63,810 nucleotides of DNA, filler included, from Octopus bimaculoides (GCF_001194135.2; 5 parts of 5 records of this genome joined end to end with filler, not necessarily neighbours in it); one strand, 5' to 3'. Positions 26,499-38,983 are shown, numbered from the whole stretch's first letter. A program made the numbers and translations. The notes: a model not told the origin generated them from the sequence alone.

Positions 26499-26644
26499 AT
26501 CACGGAATTTTCCCAGATAAACTACAGAGAACTAGGATTAACATAATCCCAACAAGTGAATGCCAGAAACAGGCAGCTGGTATTACTGCTGAACAACATA
26601 TTTGTGTTGGAGATAATAAAGACAAAGGCAAAAACGTCTGTGGT
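26499..26644 (+). CDS. S1A serine protease, penultimate exon
   Basis: Acceptor tctattacag ends 26498; phase 1 matches the previous exon (A+AT = Asn); reads HGIFPDKLQRTRINIIPTSECQKQAAGITAEQHICVGDNKDKGKNVCG; donor GTAAGT at 26645, phase 0. Confidence 0.93.
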
Positions 26645-27295
26645 GTAAGTAAACTATTTCACGATTTTCTATGGGATTATTTTACAGACAGTATTCTAAG
26701 ACTAAGTATCAGTGGTATTTAAATATCCGTCGCGGTCAGCTTCGTTCAAAATTCCGAGGTTGATAAAATAAAATACCAGTGAAATACTGGGACAGGGTTC
26801 GTAACTTTATAAGGTATTTCAGATGTGAATGGAATTATAATAGAAATAGGACGGGTTTAATTTATTAGAAATCGTTTTTGTGTAAAGTGTTCGAGTGAAT
26901 ATCTCTACACATTTGCATAATGAACGAGAAGTTATCGTTTTATTTCTCTTATATTCTTCAATGGACATTTATTACTTCCGTAGACATAAATCCTGGGTGT
27001 TTTGGAGAGGGAGAATTTGTGTTGTTCAAGCGTTTTCAAAAAGAAATTACAATAATCAAATTCAAATCTGAAATGAAAATGTGATTTGCTTCATTATTTG
27101 TAAATTTTTATTAATAAAATAATATCCTGCCTTAAATGTTATTATTTTCGTTAGATATGAATTAGCCATGACCAGTAAATCAAAGTATCATATCGTAAAC
27201 ATAAAATATGAGTACAAAAAGCATCTTGATCTAGAAAAAAACCTAATTCATTATAAAGCAGTAGCCATCTTTAAACATTCCTTTTTTTATTTCAG

Positions 27296-27454
27296 GGAGA
27301 TTCTGGTGGTGGTCTCGTCTGCCGAAGGAAATCTGACAATGCCTACGTCGTTGCTGGTATTGCTTCCTATGTTTTTGACTGCGACAAAGGATTTGGAGTC
27401 TATGCCAATGTGGCCAATTTCCTTGACTATATCAAGGCATACATGAGCTTGTAG
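27296..27454 (+). CDS. S1A serine protease, terminal exon carrying catalytic Ser195
   Basis: Acceptor ctttttttatttcag ends 27295; reads GDSGGGLVCRRKSDNAYVVAGIASYVFDCDKGFGVYANVANFLDYIKAYMSL*; GDSGG motif; TAG at 27452-27454. Confidence 0.95.
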   Translation, partial: GDSGGGLVCRRKSDNAYVVAGIASYVFDCDKGFGVYANVANFLDYIKAYMSL

Positions 27455-27491
27455 ATGTTCAAAAATATATTTATTAAAATAACGCCAACGA

Positions 27492-27497
27492 AATAAA
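27492..27497 (+). terminator. Probable polyadenylation signal of the protease gene
   Basis: AATAAA 38 nt after the stop codon, followed by T-rich sequence. Confidence 0.5.
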
Positions 27498-28199
27498 ATA
27501 TATAGAAATATCCCATGTTTCACAGTCCTTTTATGTTTAACGTTTTATTCCAATTTTCATTTGCTTCAACATCTAACCATAAGTAGCAGTAGAGGTTATG
27601 AGAGAGAGAGAGAGAGTAGGGAAAATAAGTGAAATGAGCGAATAAGAAGTTGGAACTGAAAGTTAGTTATAAAACATATAAAAGTAGAATTAAGAAGGTT
27701 GCAGTGGTGTGTTGCAAATGAGAAAGAATGTGAGAATTGCATGTAGGGCAGATGAAAATATATGTTGCATAAAATCCGAGAATATTTCCACTGCCTTCTT
27801 TAAAGAAGGTTAATAATTGTTCCTAGAAGTTGATGTATTTTAGAATATTAACATTTACAAAAGCGTATTGATTGTAGAGATTGGTTACAAACATATACAA
27901 CAGAACAATAAAAGGGAAGTAAAGGAACTGGATTTTCGAGTAAAATGCTAAATGTCTATGTGTTTTGAAATGCACACTTTAAAGTTTCATTGTAATTAGG
28001 AGAACAAAGCTCAATTAACATATACATTAAAACAAATTAATCTGAAATATTTATATTGCTCTGATAATAGAACATGTATTTGCAATTCCCATCTTCGCAT
28101 TTTCAGAAATTATTTTTCTCTGCTCTCGAAGTAGACGTTGGCACAATCACTCGCAGAAGCGACAAATATATGGTTTACATCCCACTCAGTCTACAAAAC

Positions 28200-28600
28200 G
28201 TTGAATTTTTCTTTTATTTAGACTATCTTTGATCGTAGCTTCACTAATTCACACGAGTATCCTGGAGTTAAACAACAACGTATTTATGTGAAAATCAGCT
28301 ACAGTTATAGTTCCAAGATGAAGGTAGCCATCCCACCACGTTTATTCAAGTATGAAAATCTTAGTTCATCATATAGGAAGATGGATACTAGCTCCTTGAA
28401 TCAGGCATGAAGTATAAAATCGAATGTATATATGGAAAATTCATCTCAACGTTTCTAAATAAAACAGTTGAAAATCAATTCCAAATAATTTCAAATTTAT
28501 AGACATAAAGCAGCAACAGTCAGCCATCTTGAAGAAGATATCTACGACGCTGGAAACTAAGAGAACGAAACGTTGTTTACAACAACTCACGTACCGGAAA
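28200..28600 (+). mobile_element. Possible Penelope-like relic
   Basis: RIYVKISYSYSSKMK resembles the PLE motif NxVKxSYSCMPNMK; hammerhead core halves TTGAAGA (28529) and GAAACGTT (28567) lie downstream. Confidence 0.35.
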
Positions 28601-29374
28601 AGCACGAAACTACATGTTACCAGATTAAGGAAAGGAAAGCGATAGACAATAGAAATATCACAAGTACTGCAGAGGATAAAATCAAAGAATATCCTCTAAA
28701 TATTATAGGCATGTATGTATGTGTGTGTGTGAGTGTGCGCGCTTTTGTATGTGTGTATCTGAGTGTATAATACTTGATAACAGTAGAACTATTTCGATAC
28801 TGTTCTGTATCTACTTCAACAGTGAAAATGGATATATAATAAAACAACAGCTTACATAAAGCACGGGAAATTAAAACAATATCAGGGCAATAAAAAGTAA
28901 TGTGATGAAGCAATCGTAACCTGAAGCAGGGACGAAGGGAGTAGTTGACAGACGAGACGAGGGAAGGGAGATTGAGATAAAGATTACGAGAGAGGGAGAG
29001 AGAGAGAGAGAGAGAGAGAGGAGGGTGAAATAAATAATGGCTGACTATATTCGATCATAAATTTAGAAAAAAAAAAACACCTGCAGGTTATATCTCTTCA
29101 CATAGTGAATATATGTGGTTTACTTGTTTCAGACATTAGGCCCTGACAGTATTAGACTCCTGTCTTGAATGATTTAGTTGATCGAATTTAACCTGAGAGA
29201 TCATTTTTGTTTGACGTCTGGTGTATTTATTCTTTCGTGTTGCTTTTGTCGAAATGTTAATTTTCGCGAAGACAAACATTGGCTGTCGATAACGAAAGGC
29301 AAATATAAAAATATATGTGCGCATTGACACACACACGCATGGACACACACACACACACACACACNNNNNNNNNN

Positions 29375-29576
29375 ACTCTAGGCACAAGGCCCGAACTTTT
29401 GGGGGAGGGGGCCATTCAATTATATCGACCGCTGTGTGTAACTGGTACTTAATTTATCGATCTCGATAGGATCAAAGGCAAAGTCAACCTCGGCAGTATT
29501 TGAACTCAGAACGTATAGACAGACGAAATACCACTAAGCATTTCGCCCGGCGTGCTAACGCATCTGCCAGCTCACC
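29375..29576 (-). mobile_element. SINE family D
   Basis: Closely matches 19472-19653 and extends to the head CTGCCAGCTCACC. Confidence 0.9.
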
Positions 29577-29622
29577 GTCTTACACACACAGCATATATAT
29601 TATTACGCATGCACACATACAC

Positions 29623-29683
<61 letters not shown>

Positions 29684-30617
29684 NNNNNNNNNNNNNNNNN
29701 NNNNNNNNNNNNNNNNNNNNNNNNNNNNNNNNNNNNNNNNNNNNNNNNNNNNNNNNNNNNNNNNNNNNNNNNNNNNNNNNNNNNNNNNNNNNNNNNNNNN
29801 NNNNNNNNNNNNNNNNNNNNNNNNNNNNNNNNNNNNNNNNNNNNNNNNNNNNNNNNNNNNNNNNNNNNNNNNNNNNNNNNNNNNNNNNNNNNNNNNNNNN
29901 NNNNNNNNNNNNNNNNNNNNNNNNNNNNNNNNNNNNNNNNNNNNNNNNNNNNNNNNNNNNNNNNNNNNNNNNNNNNNNNNNNNNNNNNNNNNNNNNNNNN
30001 NNNNNNNNNNNNNNNNNNNNNNNNNNNNNNNNNNNNNNNNNNNNNNNNNNNNNNNNNNNNNNNNNNNNNNNNNNNNNNNNNNNNNNNNNNNNNNNNNNNN
30101 NNNNNNNNNNNNNNNNNNNNNNNNNNNNNNNNNNNNNNNNNNNNNNNNNNNNNNNNNNNNNNNNNNNNNNNNNNNNNNNNNNNNNNNNNNNNNNNNNNNN
30201 NNNNNNNNNNNNNNNNNNNNNNNNNNNNNNNNNNNNNNNNNNNNNNNNNNNNNNNNNNNNNNNNNNNNATAAATGTCCACATAGCACCAGGAGCGAAGAC
30301 GAAGACAAAATAAACCAGTAAAAATAACAAGATAATTCCAGATCCCGGATTTCTAGCTTTGGTTTAAAGGCAGGTTTTGACTGCTATTTTTCAGCGTGGC
30401 GGTATCTCTTAGATACCCTGTATTATAATTTTAAATAATTTTAAAACACATCTGTCAGACGGGACCTTGATGACTGCTATAAAGCAGGAAAGTATACTAG
30501 TCCTTATATATTTAATACTCAATCTTTCATATATTCAATAAGACATTCAATACTTCATTACATTTTACTATTTATATTATATATTCCATATTCTATATCC
30601 CACATTAATTTTATAAG

Positions 30618-30700
30618 AAATAATACATAATAATACATAATACATAATACATAATAATACATAATAATACATAATAATACATAATAAGAAATAATACATA
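30618..30700. repeat. TAATACATAA-type 10-bp minisatellite
   Basis: Repeated TACATAATAA/TACATAA units. Confidence 0.85.
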
Positions 30701-30807
30701 AAAAAACAGACAGAGTTGGAACTCTTTTAAATAATATATTCCTCTATACACGATCATACAAAACCATTTTTTAATTTTTTTATTTATATATATATACGTA
30801 TGTATGT

Positions 30808-31056
30808 GTGGAGGCATATGACCTAGTGGCTAGAGTGTAGGACTCATGCTCCTAACGTTATGGTTTCAGTTCATTTACCGGGCGACACGTTCTGTTCTTG
30901 AGCAATACACTTCTTTTCATGTTTCCACTAAACTGGAAAAAAAAATTGAGTAACCTTGCGACGGACAGGCATCCAGTTCAGGGTTTCAATATATGTACAG
31001 CATGGAAACCGGGAAAACGGCCCTTATGAATCCTTAGGGCTCGAGAGAGATGCTTT
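30808..31056 (+). mobile_element. SINE family C, diverged
   Basis: Colinear with 25118-25367 (ACCGGGCGACACGTT...CATGGAAACCGGGAAAACGG). Confidence 0.8.
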
Positions 31057-31178
31057 ATCTTTTATGTATGTATGTGTGTATGCCCTTAACCAGTTTTATT
31101 TCAAGATTTCTTACCAATAAAGGGCCTAGATCCAAGGCTCCCTTCATTGGAATTTCAGCAACATCAACCGAGTATTTT

Positions 31179-31210
<32 letters not shown>

Positions 31211-31309
31211 TGTATGTGTGTGTGTGTGTGTGTATGTGTGTATGTATGTATGTATGTATGTATGAATATGTGTAGATTTGTATGTTTAGCTTTATGTATG
31301 TACTCTCAT

Positions 31310-31895
31310 GCATATAGTTGCATATCTAGACATGCTCATATATGATGAACTTCTGGAAAGTTTTACAAATTTTTACAGTTCTAGTGATGGAATGGATCTG
31401 TAGTCTTCAAATTAGCCTTCTCCTTCCTGGTTTTGATAAGCCTAATTTCTCAAAATCGGAATTTAAGCAGTGTGTTGCATATCCCAGTGTCCCAATAATT
31501 ACAGGTATAAACCTGAACTTGTAATCGAGATACAGTAGCTGCAGATTCATCAAGAGTTCAGCTCAGGTATTCTCTTTTTCGCTGATCTTTAGCTTTATGT
31601 TAACATCCGCCGGGAAGCTGATTTCCACAAATATACACAGTTTCTCTTCTCAGTCCCAAATTACTATGTCGGGTGTGTTATGTTTAAATTTTACTGAGAT
31701 TTTCACTGTGACATTCTACCTGCACCCCTTTTTACTATGAGTGGCTATATAGCTTCTGCCATACTCTAGGTTCCTATTTCTTTGTCTTCGTGGTTATCCT
31801 TTTGAAGGATTTCATTATACAGTGCCCTTTGATGGTTTTTATTCCCATGCTGGTCACTTGATAAAATCGGTATTTAAATATCCATCTTATCCTTA
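31310..31895 (-). mobile_element. R4/Dong-type non-LTR retrotransposon 3' fragment (restriction-like endonuclease), pseudogenised
   Basis: Minus-strand translation KRALYNEILQKDNHEDKEI...KHNTPDIVIWD*EEKLCIFVEISFPADVNIKLKISEKENT*AELL...YKFRFIPVIIGTLG...KICKTFQKFII contains the PD-x-E-x-D RLE motif; several stops. Confidence 0.8.
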
Positions 31896-32924
31896 TTTAT
31901 ATAAATTTATATATGTTTATATATATATATATATATATNNNNNNNNNNNNNNNNNNNNNNNNNNNNNNNNNNNNNNNNNNNNNNNNNNNNNNNNNNNNNN
32001 NNNNNNNNNNNNNNNNNNNNNNNNNNNNNNNNNNNNNNNNNNNNNNNNNNNNNNNNNNNNNNNNNNNNNNNNNNNNNNNNNNNNNNNNNNNNNNNNNNNN
32101 NNNNNNNNNNNNNNNNNNNNNNNNNNNNNNNNNNNNNNNNNNNNNNNNNNNNNNNNNNNNNNNNNNNNNNNNNNNNNNNNNNNNNNNNNNNNNNNNNNNN
32201 NNNNNNNNNNNNNNNNNNNNNNNNNNNNNNNNNNNNNNNNNNNNNNNNNNNNNNNNNNNNNNNNNNNNNNNNNNNNNNNNNNNNNNNNNNNNNNNNNNNN
32301 NNNNNNNNNNNNNNNNNNNNNNNNNNNNNNNNNNNNNNNNNNNNNNNNNNNNNNNNNNNNNNNNNNNNNNNNNNNNNNNNNNNNNNNNNNNNNNNNNNNN
32401 NNNNNNNNNNNNNNNNNNNNNNNNNNNNNNNNNNNNNNNNNNNNNNNNNNNNNNNNNNNNNNNNNNNNNNNNNNNNNNNNNNNNNNNNNNNNNNNNNNNN
32501 NNNNNNNNNNNNNNNNNNNNNNNNNNNNNNNNNNNNNNNNNNNNNNNNNNNNNNNNNNNNNNNNNNNNNNNNNNNNNNNNNNNNNNNNNNNNNNNNNNNN
32601 NNNNNNNNNNNNNNNNNNNNNNNNNNNNNNNNNNNNNNNNNNNNNNNNNNNNNNNNNNNAAGGGAAGTACTGGATCTTCCCAGAAACAGCTGTAAGACTC
32701 TATCCATAAAATACTTCTCCAACCTTACCATTGCTCTCTTTATCTTTTTATTTTTATATATTTACATATATACACGCTAATATACGACTTATAATACCCA
32801 ATCCTGTTCATACAATGACTAGGGCAAGCTAGTCGGTATTCAGCACTTACTCGGTATTACCTGTATACTCTTGGGTTTGGTTAAATCCAATACCCTCCTC
32901 AACCCTACCTTACCTTACCTTACC

Positions 32925-32978
<54 letters not shown>

Positions 32979-33204
32979 AGGCTTCCGCATTCGTTTATTT
33001 TTAGAGTTTTATTTATCCAGCAGAAATGTGGATCTGGAATATAGCTAAAAATACGAGAATACAAAAAAAGAAAGAAGTTTTTACTCGGCAGACTTATTAT
33101 TCATTTATTGTCGCCGAAAGAAATATCTGACAGTGTTTACAGTTAATATATGTGTGTGTGTATATATCAGCCTGCTGGTGTATATATATTCTCTGTATAT
33201 ATAT

Positions 33205-33351
33205 TCTCAGCCTACAAATTTCAATCACAAGCATTCCTCAGTATAGGCTATTTTGGAACACACTTGTGCAAGGTACCCCTGCAGTGAAACTGAACCTGAA
33301 ATCATGTGTTTGGGAAGTGAACTTCTCGACCACACAGCCATGTTTGCTCCT
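33205..33351 (-). mobile_element. SINE family A, 5' part, diverged
   Basis: Reverse complement of the head (CAAGGTACCCCTGCAGTGAAACTGAACCTG...ACCACACAGCCA). Confidence 0.65.
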
Positions 33352-33723
33352 ATAACTCTATTCCAGCACAAATGAGGATCTGGAATATAGTTAAAAATAC
33401 AAAAATAAAAAAAGAATTCTTTTACGAAGCAGAGAAATTATTCATTTGTTGCCGGAAAATATCTGACGCTAATTACAATTAAACAATTAGAAGTATGAAG
33501 TAAGCTGCAAGAAATAAAAAACTAAAAATAAAAGAATGTCAGGAATGGTTAAGATGTATGGGCGGAATTCCATTCAGATAACAAAGCATCCGTTTATAGT
33601 TTAAGTGGTAGAGAGAAGGAAACAAACTAATCGTTAAATGTCTGGAAGAAAAAGAAATACATGAATAATTAATGAGTTCGATGAACTCTCATTTATTGCC
33701 CACTTCAAAAGTATGACTGATGG

Positions 33724-33724
33724 T

Positions 33725-33762
<38 letters not shown>

Positions 33763-33815
33763 ATACTACCACCACCACCACCACCACCACCACTACCACC
33801 ACCACTACTACTACT
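33724..33815. repeat. (CTA)n/(CCA)n microsatellite
   Basis: Direct inspection. Confidence 0.95.
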
Positions 33816-33816
33816 A

Positions 33817-34030
33817 TTTTATCTTTTTGCTGTTTCGGTCATTAGATTGTGACGACGGACGGGGCAAGGCCTTGAAAGATTATTTTCAGTTGAAAGAAAT
33901 CGATCCCAGTACTTAGTGATTTGAAGCTTGGTATTTATTCCATCGACTTCTTTTGCCGAACTGCTATAATACGGTGACATCAATTGTCAAGTACTGGTGG
34001 TGGTGATTGACAAACACAAACGCAAAAATT
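33817..34030 (-). mobile_element. SINE family A, 3' part, heavily diverged
   Basis: Patchy similarity (ATCGATCCCAGTACTT, TTTTGCCGAACTGCTA) to the other copies. Confidence 0.5.
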
Positions 34031-34094
34031 TACACATAGGTATATACAGGTGTATACAACCATGTGGTTGGGAAACAAAATTCTTGAGGTATAG

Positions 34095-34490
34095 CCAATT
34101 ATAGGCACTAGGCTTGAAATTTTGAGACAACAATCTTATCGATTTTATCCATATCAGTGCTTATTTTATCGATACCAGTGCTTATTTTATCGACACTATG
34201 AGGATGAAAAGCAAAGATACCCTCGATGGAATTTGAACTCAAAACGTAAAACTGGAAGAAAAGCCTAGTGAGCATTCTGCCAGTTTGATACCTTGATAAT
34301 TCTTCCTACAATAGGAAAAAGCTTGAAACTTCGGGGGAAGGAGCTAGTGAATTACATCGACCCCAGTGCTTTATTAGTACTTATTTTATCGATACGGAAA
34401 AAAATTTAAACTCTGAATGAAGCCAGAAGAAAATGGCAATTCTTTCTGTTATAGGCACGAGTCTGGAAACTTTAGGGGACGGACAGTGAA
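34095..34490 (-). mobile_element. Three adjacent degraded family D pieces
   Basis: The family D end motif (TATAGGCAC...GAAA) recurs near 34100, 34310 and 34450. Confidence 0.6.
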
Positions 34491-35502
34491 AAGACCTAAT
34501 AGCTATGAGTCTTGTGTTTAATTTCGGAACTTTTAGTTTGACATAATAAATCGGTAGCTAGGAAGCCATGTCATTACTGGACTGACAGTTGTTCAGTCAG
34601 TGCTTTTGGACTGTAGACTTCCTGGAAGGTATGAAGTAGGGCTGCGTTACTTGTAGGGTGGCAAGTCTCGCATAGAAATATGGTAAGAAGCTATCCCGGA
34701 GAGGCAGATCAGTAATAGGGAAGGTATACATTACAAACTGAGCCAAAGAGGGAGTCCGTAAAGCGGTATTACTCTTTCTGGAAATAGAAAGTAAATCTCT
34801 TTCATAGTAGAACATATTAGATAATGTTGTCCTAGATATACACTTCACAGGATGAAGGGGATTTACTGTTTGATAGAAACTGGAAGATGCCGAGAGTACA
34901 TTTTGAAAGACTCAGTTTGGAGGGAGTAATCAAATCCCAAGGTATTCAAAGTTATGGGTCCTCGTCCTTCTTGGGTGTTACTTTCCTTTTCACTATGACT
35001 TTCTATCATAAAAGATAAACGTTTCAAAGACCATTTATTAATTATGATCTTATTAAAATGCTTCTGTCTACAAATACTAACTCATTATTTGTCACTATTA
35101 TCAACATACTTCAGTTATCCCCTTCTCATCTTCAATTCATTTCCCCTTCTTATCGCTACAAGTAATATCGTTGCTAATCCTGTTGTTTTCATCAATGCCG
35201 TTTTCGTTATTTTCATTATCGTCTGCTCATTATTATCTCTGAGAGATCGGTGATAATGTGTCATGCTTTTACACGTTAATTTGCGAAGCTAAACATAACA
35301 AACTGATTGCTAATGTCACGTACAAGTGTCAGGCATCGACACAAGTAAGCAATGCCCTACAAAATGCAGTAATGGAACACGACCAGGTTCACCATTTTCT
35401 TCCATTTCGATTTCAGTAAATTTGTAAAATTTGGATACTTCACAAAAATATTTTTTCCTGTTTTACATTATCTCCCGTCACCTCGACTTATACTGATTTA
35501 CT

Positions 35503-35504
<2 letters not shown>

Positions 35505-35584
<80 letters not shown>

Positions 35585-35777
35585 TAATAACAACAACAAC
35601 AACAACAACAATAATAATAATAATAAACATTATTATTATTATTATTATTATTACTATTATAATTATTTATAATAATAATCTGCCAAAGGTTTCAGTAAGA
35701 CACTCAGCAAGAAATGGAAACAGAACTGAAAGATGATAATGAAAATAATAACAATAATAGTAGTAATAGTAGTAGTA

Positions 35778-35810
<33 letters not shown>

Positions 35811-35943
35811 GCAGTAGTAGTAGTTGTTGTTGTTGTTGTTGTAGTAGTAGTAGTAGTAGTAGTAGCAGTAGTAGTAGTAGTTGTTGTTGTTGTAGTAGTA
35901 GTAGTAGTAGTAGTAGTAGTAATAATAATAATAATAATAACAA
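35505..35943. repeat. Compound (AAT/AAC/TAT) and (AGT/TGT) microsatellites
   Basis: Direct inspection. Confidence 0.95.
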
Positions 35944-36034
35944 GGGCGAAGAATGAAGGGGACAATACAATGACAAATATAAAATGTAGGACTTTACATA
36001 TAATCAAATGATATTAAAAAAATGAATAAATAAA

Positions 36035-36220
36035 AAAGGAAAGAAAGTATACACGCGATATAGTTGTGGTGAAAGAGTACAGTAGGCTTCATTATCACGC
36101 CCTGCAGGAGTCTCGTAGAGCTTTAGGTGTTTTCGCTCAATAAGCACTCACAACGCCCCGGGAATCGAAACCGCGATCCTATGACCGCGAGTCCGCTGCC
36201 CTAACCACTGCGCCTCCACA
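36035..36220 (-). mobile_element. SINE family B, 5' part
   Basis: GGAATCGAAACCGCGATCCTATGACCGCGAGTCCGCTGCCCTAACCACT matches the family B head. Confidence 0.88.
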
Positions 36221-36306
36221 CACTAAATTATACTTTCAGCAGTTTTAAAAGATATTTTGTTGAAAAGTTGGGCGAAACAAATATTTGTATATTATTTTGC
36301 TTTGTG

Positions 36307-36340
<34 letters not shown>

Positions 36341-36552
36341 ACCTTTTCTTTTCCTTTCAGTCTTTTTCGAGTTTTGTCATCATATCATTATAAAAGCTTG
36401 CCCTGTTTATCGATTATGTGATTATGATTGCTAACGTTAGTAATATGTTTTTCAGATTGATTTTTTGGGAAAGGGAATTGATTCAAAATAATATTTTGGG
36501 CCTAAAGCAAGAGTAGTATTGTTGGATATCAATGCTGCTTTCAAAATACCAC

Positions 36553-36930
36553 GGCACTCCGTCGGTTTCGACGACGAGGGTTCAAGTTGATCCAATCAAC
36601 GGAACAACAGCCTGCTCGTGAAATTAACGTGCAAGTGGCTGAGCACTTCACAGACACGTGTACTCTTAATGTAGTTCTCAGGGAAATTCAGCGTGTCACA
36701 GAGTGTGACAAGGCTGGTCCTTTCAAATACAGGTACAACAGAAAAAAAGGAAGAAGTGACAGAAAATTGTGGTGAAAGAGTACAGCAGGGTTCACCACCA
36801 CACCCTGCCGGAGCCTCGTAGAGCTTTAGGTGTTTTCGCTCAATAAACACAACGTCCAGTCTGGGAATCGAAACTGGGATTCTATGACCCCGAGTCCGCT
36901 GCCCTAACCGTTGGGTCATTGCGCCTCCAC
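36553..36930 (-). mobile_element. SINE family B, full length with TSD
   Basis: Reverse complement of the 22117 element; flanks GCTTTCAAAATAC (36537-36549) and GCTTTCAAAGTAC (36931-36943). Confidence 0.93.
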
Positions 36931-37254
36931 GCTTTCAAAGTACATTTAAACCGTAACATTATATTTGTATTTTGTTATATTACAGTATGCCGTATCAAAT
37001 ACCAAAAAAGATTTAGTTGGATATTCTCTACTTGGTTATTGATACTCTACTTCACTGTATCTGTCTCCCCCCAAAATACAAGATCCTTTATTGGTTTTAG
37101 TTAAAACTAGCAAAATACTTGAGTTACATTTGTTTGACAAGTGATTTTTATCTGAGATTGTGTTTTGTTTAGAATAATTATATTGTAATAGAATCACAGC
37201 AGTAGACATATTAAAACACTCAAATACTGTTCAATGTAATATTCTAAGCATTAT

Positions 37255-37483
<229 letters not shown>

Positions 37484-37949
37484 CGAGGACACCGACAGAA
37501 ATAATGTGTGCAGATAAATCGTAAGGAAACGTGACAAAGAAAAAAAACAAACAAAAACGCAGCGTCGTTTTTGAGGACACCTCGTTCTCTCCGTTCATCT
37601 TCGCCATTGCGTTAATTTCTCTAACAAGTATACTGAGAAAATCCAGGTCTGCCTATGCATTTACTAAAACCAAGGTGAAAAGAAATCATCTTCTTTATAT
37701 ACATGACCTCAAGCTATACACAAAAAGTCAGTAATAATTAAAAGAATACGCAATATGTTTGAGACATTTCGTGTTGAAATGCATCAAAATCTTGAGGGTT
37801 ATCTCTTTATCTCTTATAAGTTCGCTGTAATGACTTCACTTTAATTTTACTAGCAATCTATCTTTTGCATGTTGTTTAAATTTTGCTGATAGCTAAATCC
37901 ACGCCCTGCTGCCGACACTTTGATTTATTGTCATTGAGGCCTACTCCTC

Positions 37950-38430
37950 TAATGGTTAAGGTTTTGTCTGTCTCCTACCCTTCGACCTGTCTGGCCTGGT
38001 AAGACCTGCCTGAAAATTTCTCTCCTTCCAGCATAGCTCTCTGGGTCAATGGAGCACACAGGCACTTCACCGCGACAAGGTACTTGTTGAATTGGCCGTT
38101 GACTAGACAGTAGTTCTTCCGCCTTTGACGGGTATTATTTTTCATCCCGCAGGGTGATCCAACAATCACCCTACTCACCTAGCAAGCTTCATGGGGTTGC
38201 CAGTTTAGTCTCAAGAGTGACTTGACAACACGACCTAACAGAACAGATTCCTGGCTTTGAACTAGCAGGATATCAAGCAGAGAATCTTGAATACAAGGCA
38301 ATGGATGAGACCCTAATTTTCCTAGTTAGATGGAAACTGCAGGACCACTTGGAGCAGCGCCCTGTTACTCCTATAATAGGCGCAACCGAAACCCCTAAAA
38401 AGGGGCATCGTATGGGACGACCTCGATGAG
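37950..38430 (-). mobile_element. Probable RTE-type LINE 5' UTR fragment
   Basis: GC-rich block; minus strand CTTGTCGCGGTG...GACCCAGAGAGCTATGCTGG...GACAGGTCGAAGGGTAGG resembles, from recall, conserved RTE/Rex3 5' UTRs. Confidence 0.6.
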
Positions 38431-38567
38431 ATGAGATTGAATTTTGCACTTAACGTTTTTGCGTCATTAAAATTTCTTTCTGAAATTTCATGATATCAAA
38501 GATGCATAATTTAGTCTAAGAACTGATTATTTGCGGAGAACAGAGAATCTTACTTCGTCTCGTCCTC

Positions 38568-38983
38568 TCTTTACTCTTTTACTTGTTTCAGTCATTTGAC
38601 TGTGGCCATGCTGAAGCACAGCCTTTAGTCGAGCAAATCGACCCCAGGATTTATTCTTTGTAAGCCTAGTACTTATTCTATCGGTCTCTTTTGCCAAACC
38701 GCTAAGTTACGGGGACGCAAACACATCAGCATCAGTTGTCATGCAATGTTGGGACAAACACAGACAATTTGACAAACACAGATACACAAAAACATACACA
38801 CACACACATATATACATATATATGACAGGCTTCTTTCAGTTGACGTCTGCCAAATCTACTCAAAGCTTTGGTCAGCCCGAGGCTATAGTAGAAGACACTT
38901 GGACAAGGTGCCACGCAGTGGGACTGAACCCGGAACCATGTGGTTCGTCAGCAGGCTACTTACCACAAAGCCAGTCCTACGCC
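38568..38983 (-). mobile_element. SINE family A, full length
   Basis: Full reverse-complement match from tail TACTCTTTTACTTG to head CCAGTCCTACGCC. Confidence 0.92.

Noticed and set aside
28529-28580. TTGAAGA...GAAACGTT as a functional hammerhead
   Set aside because: Core halves are present but neither stem I nor stem II pairs.
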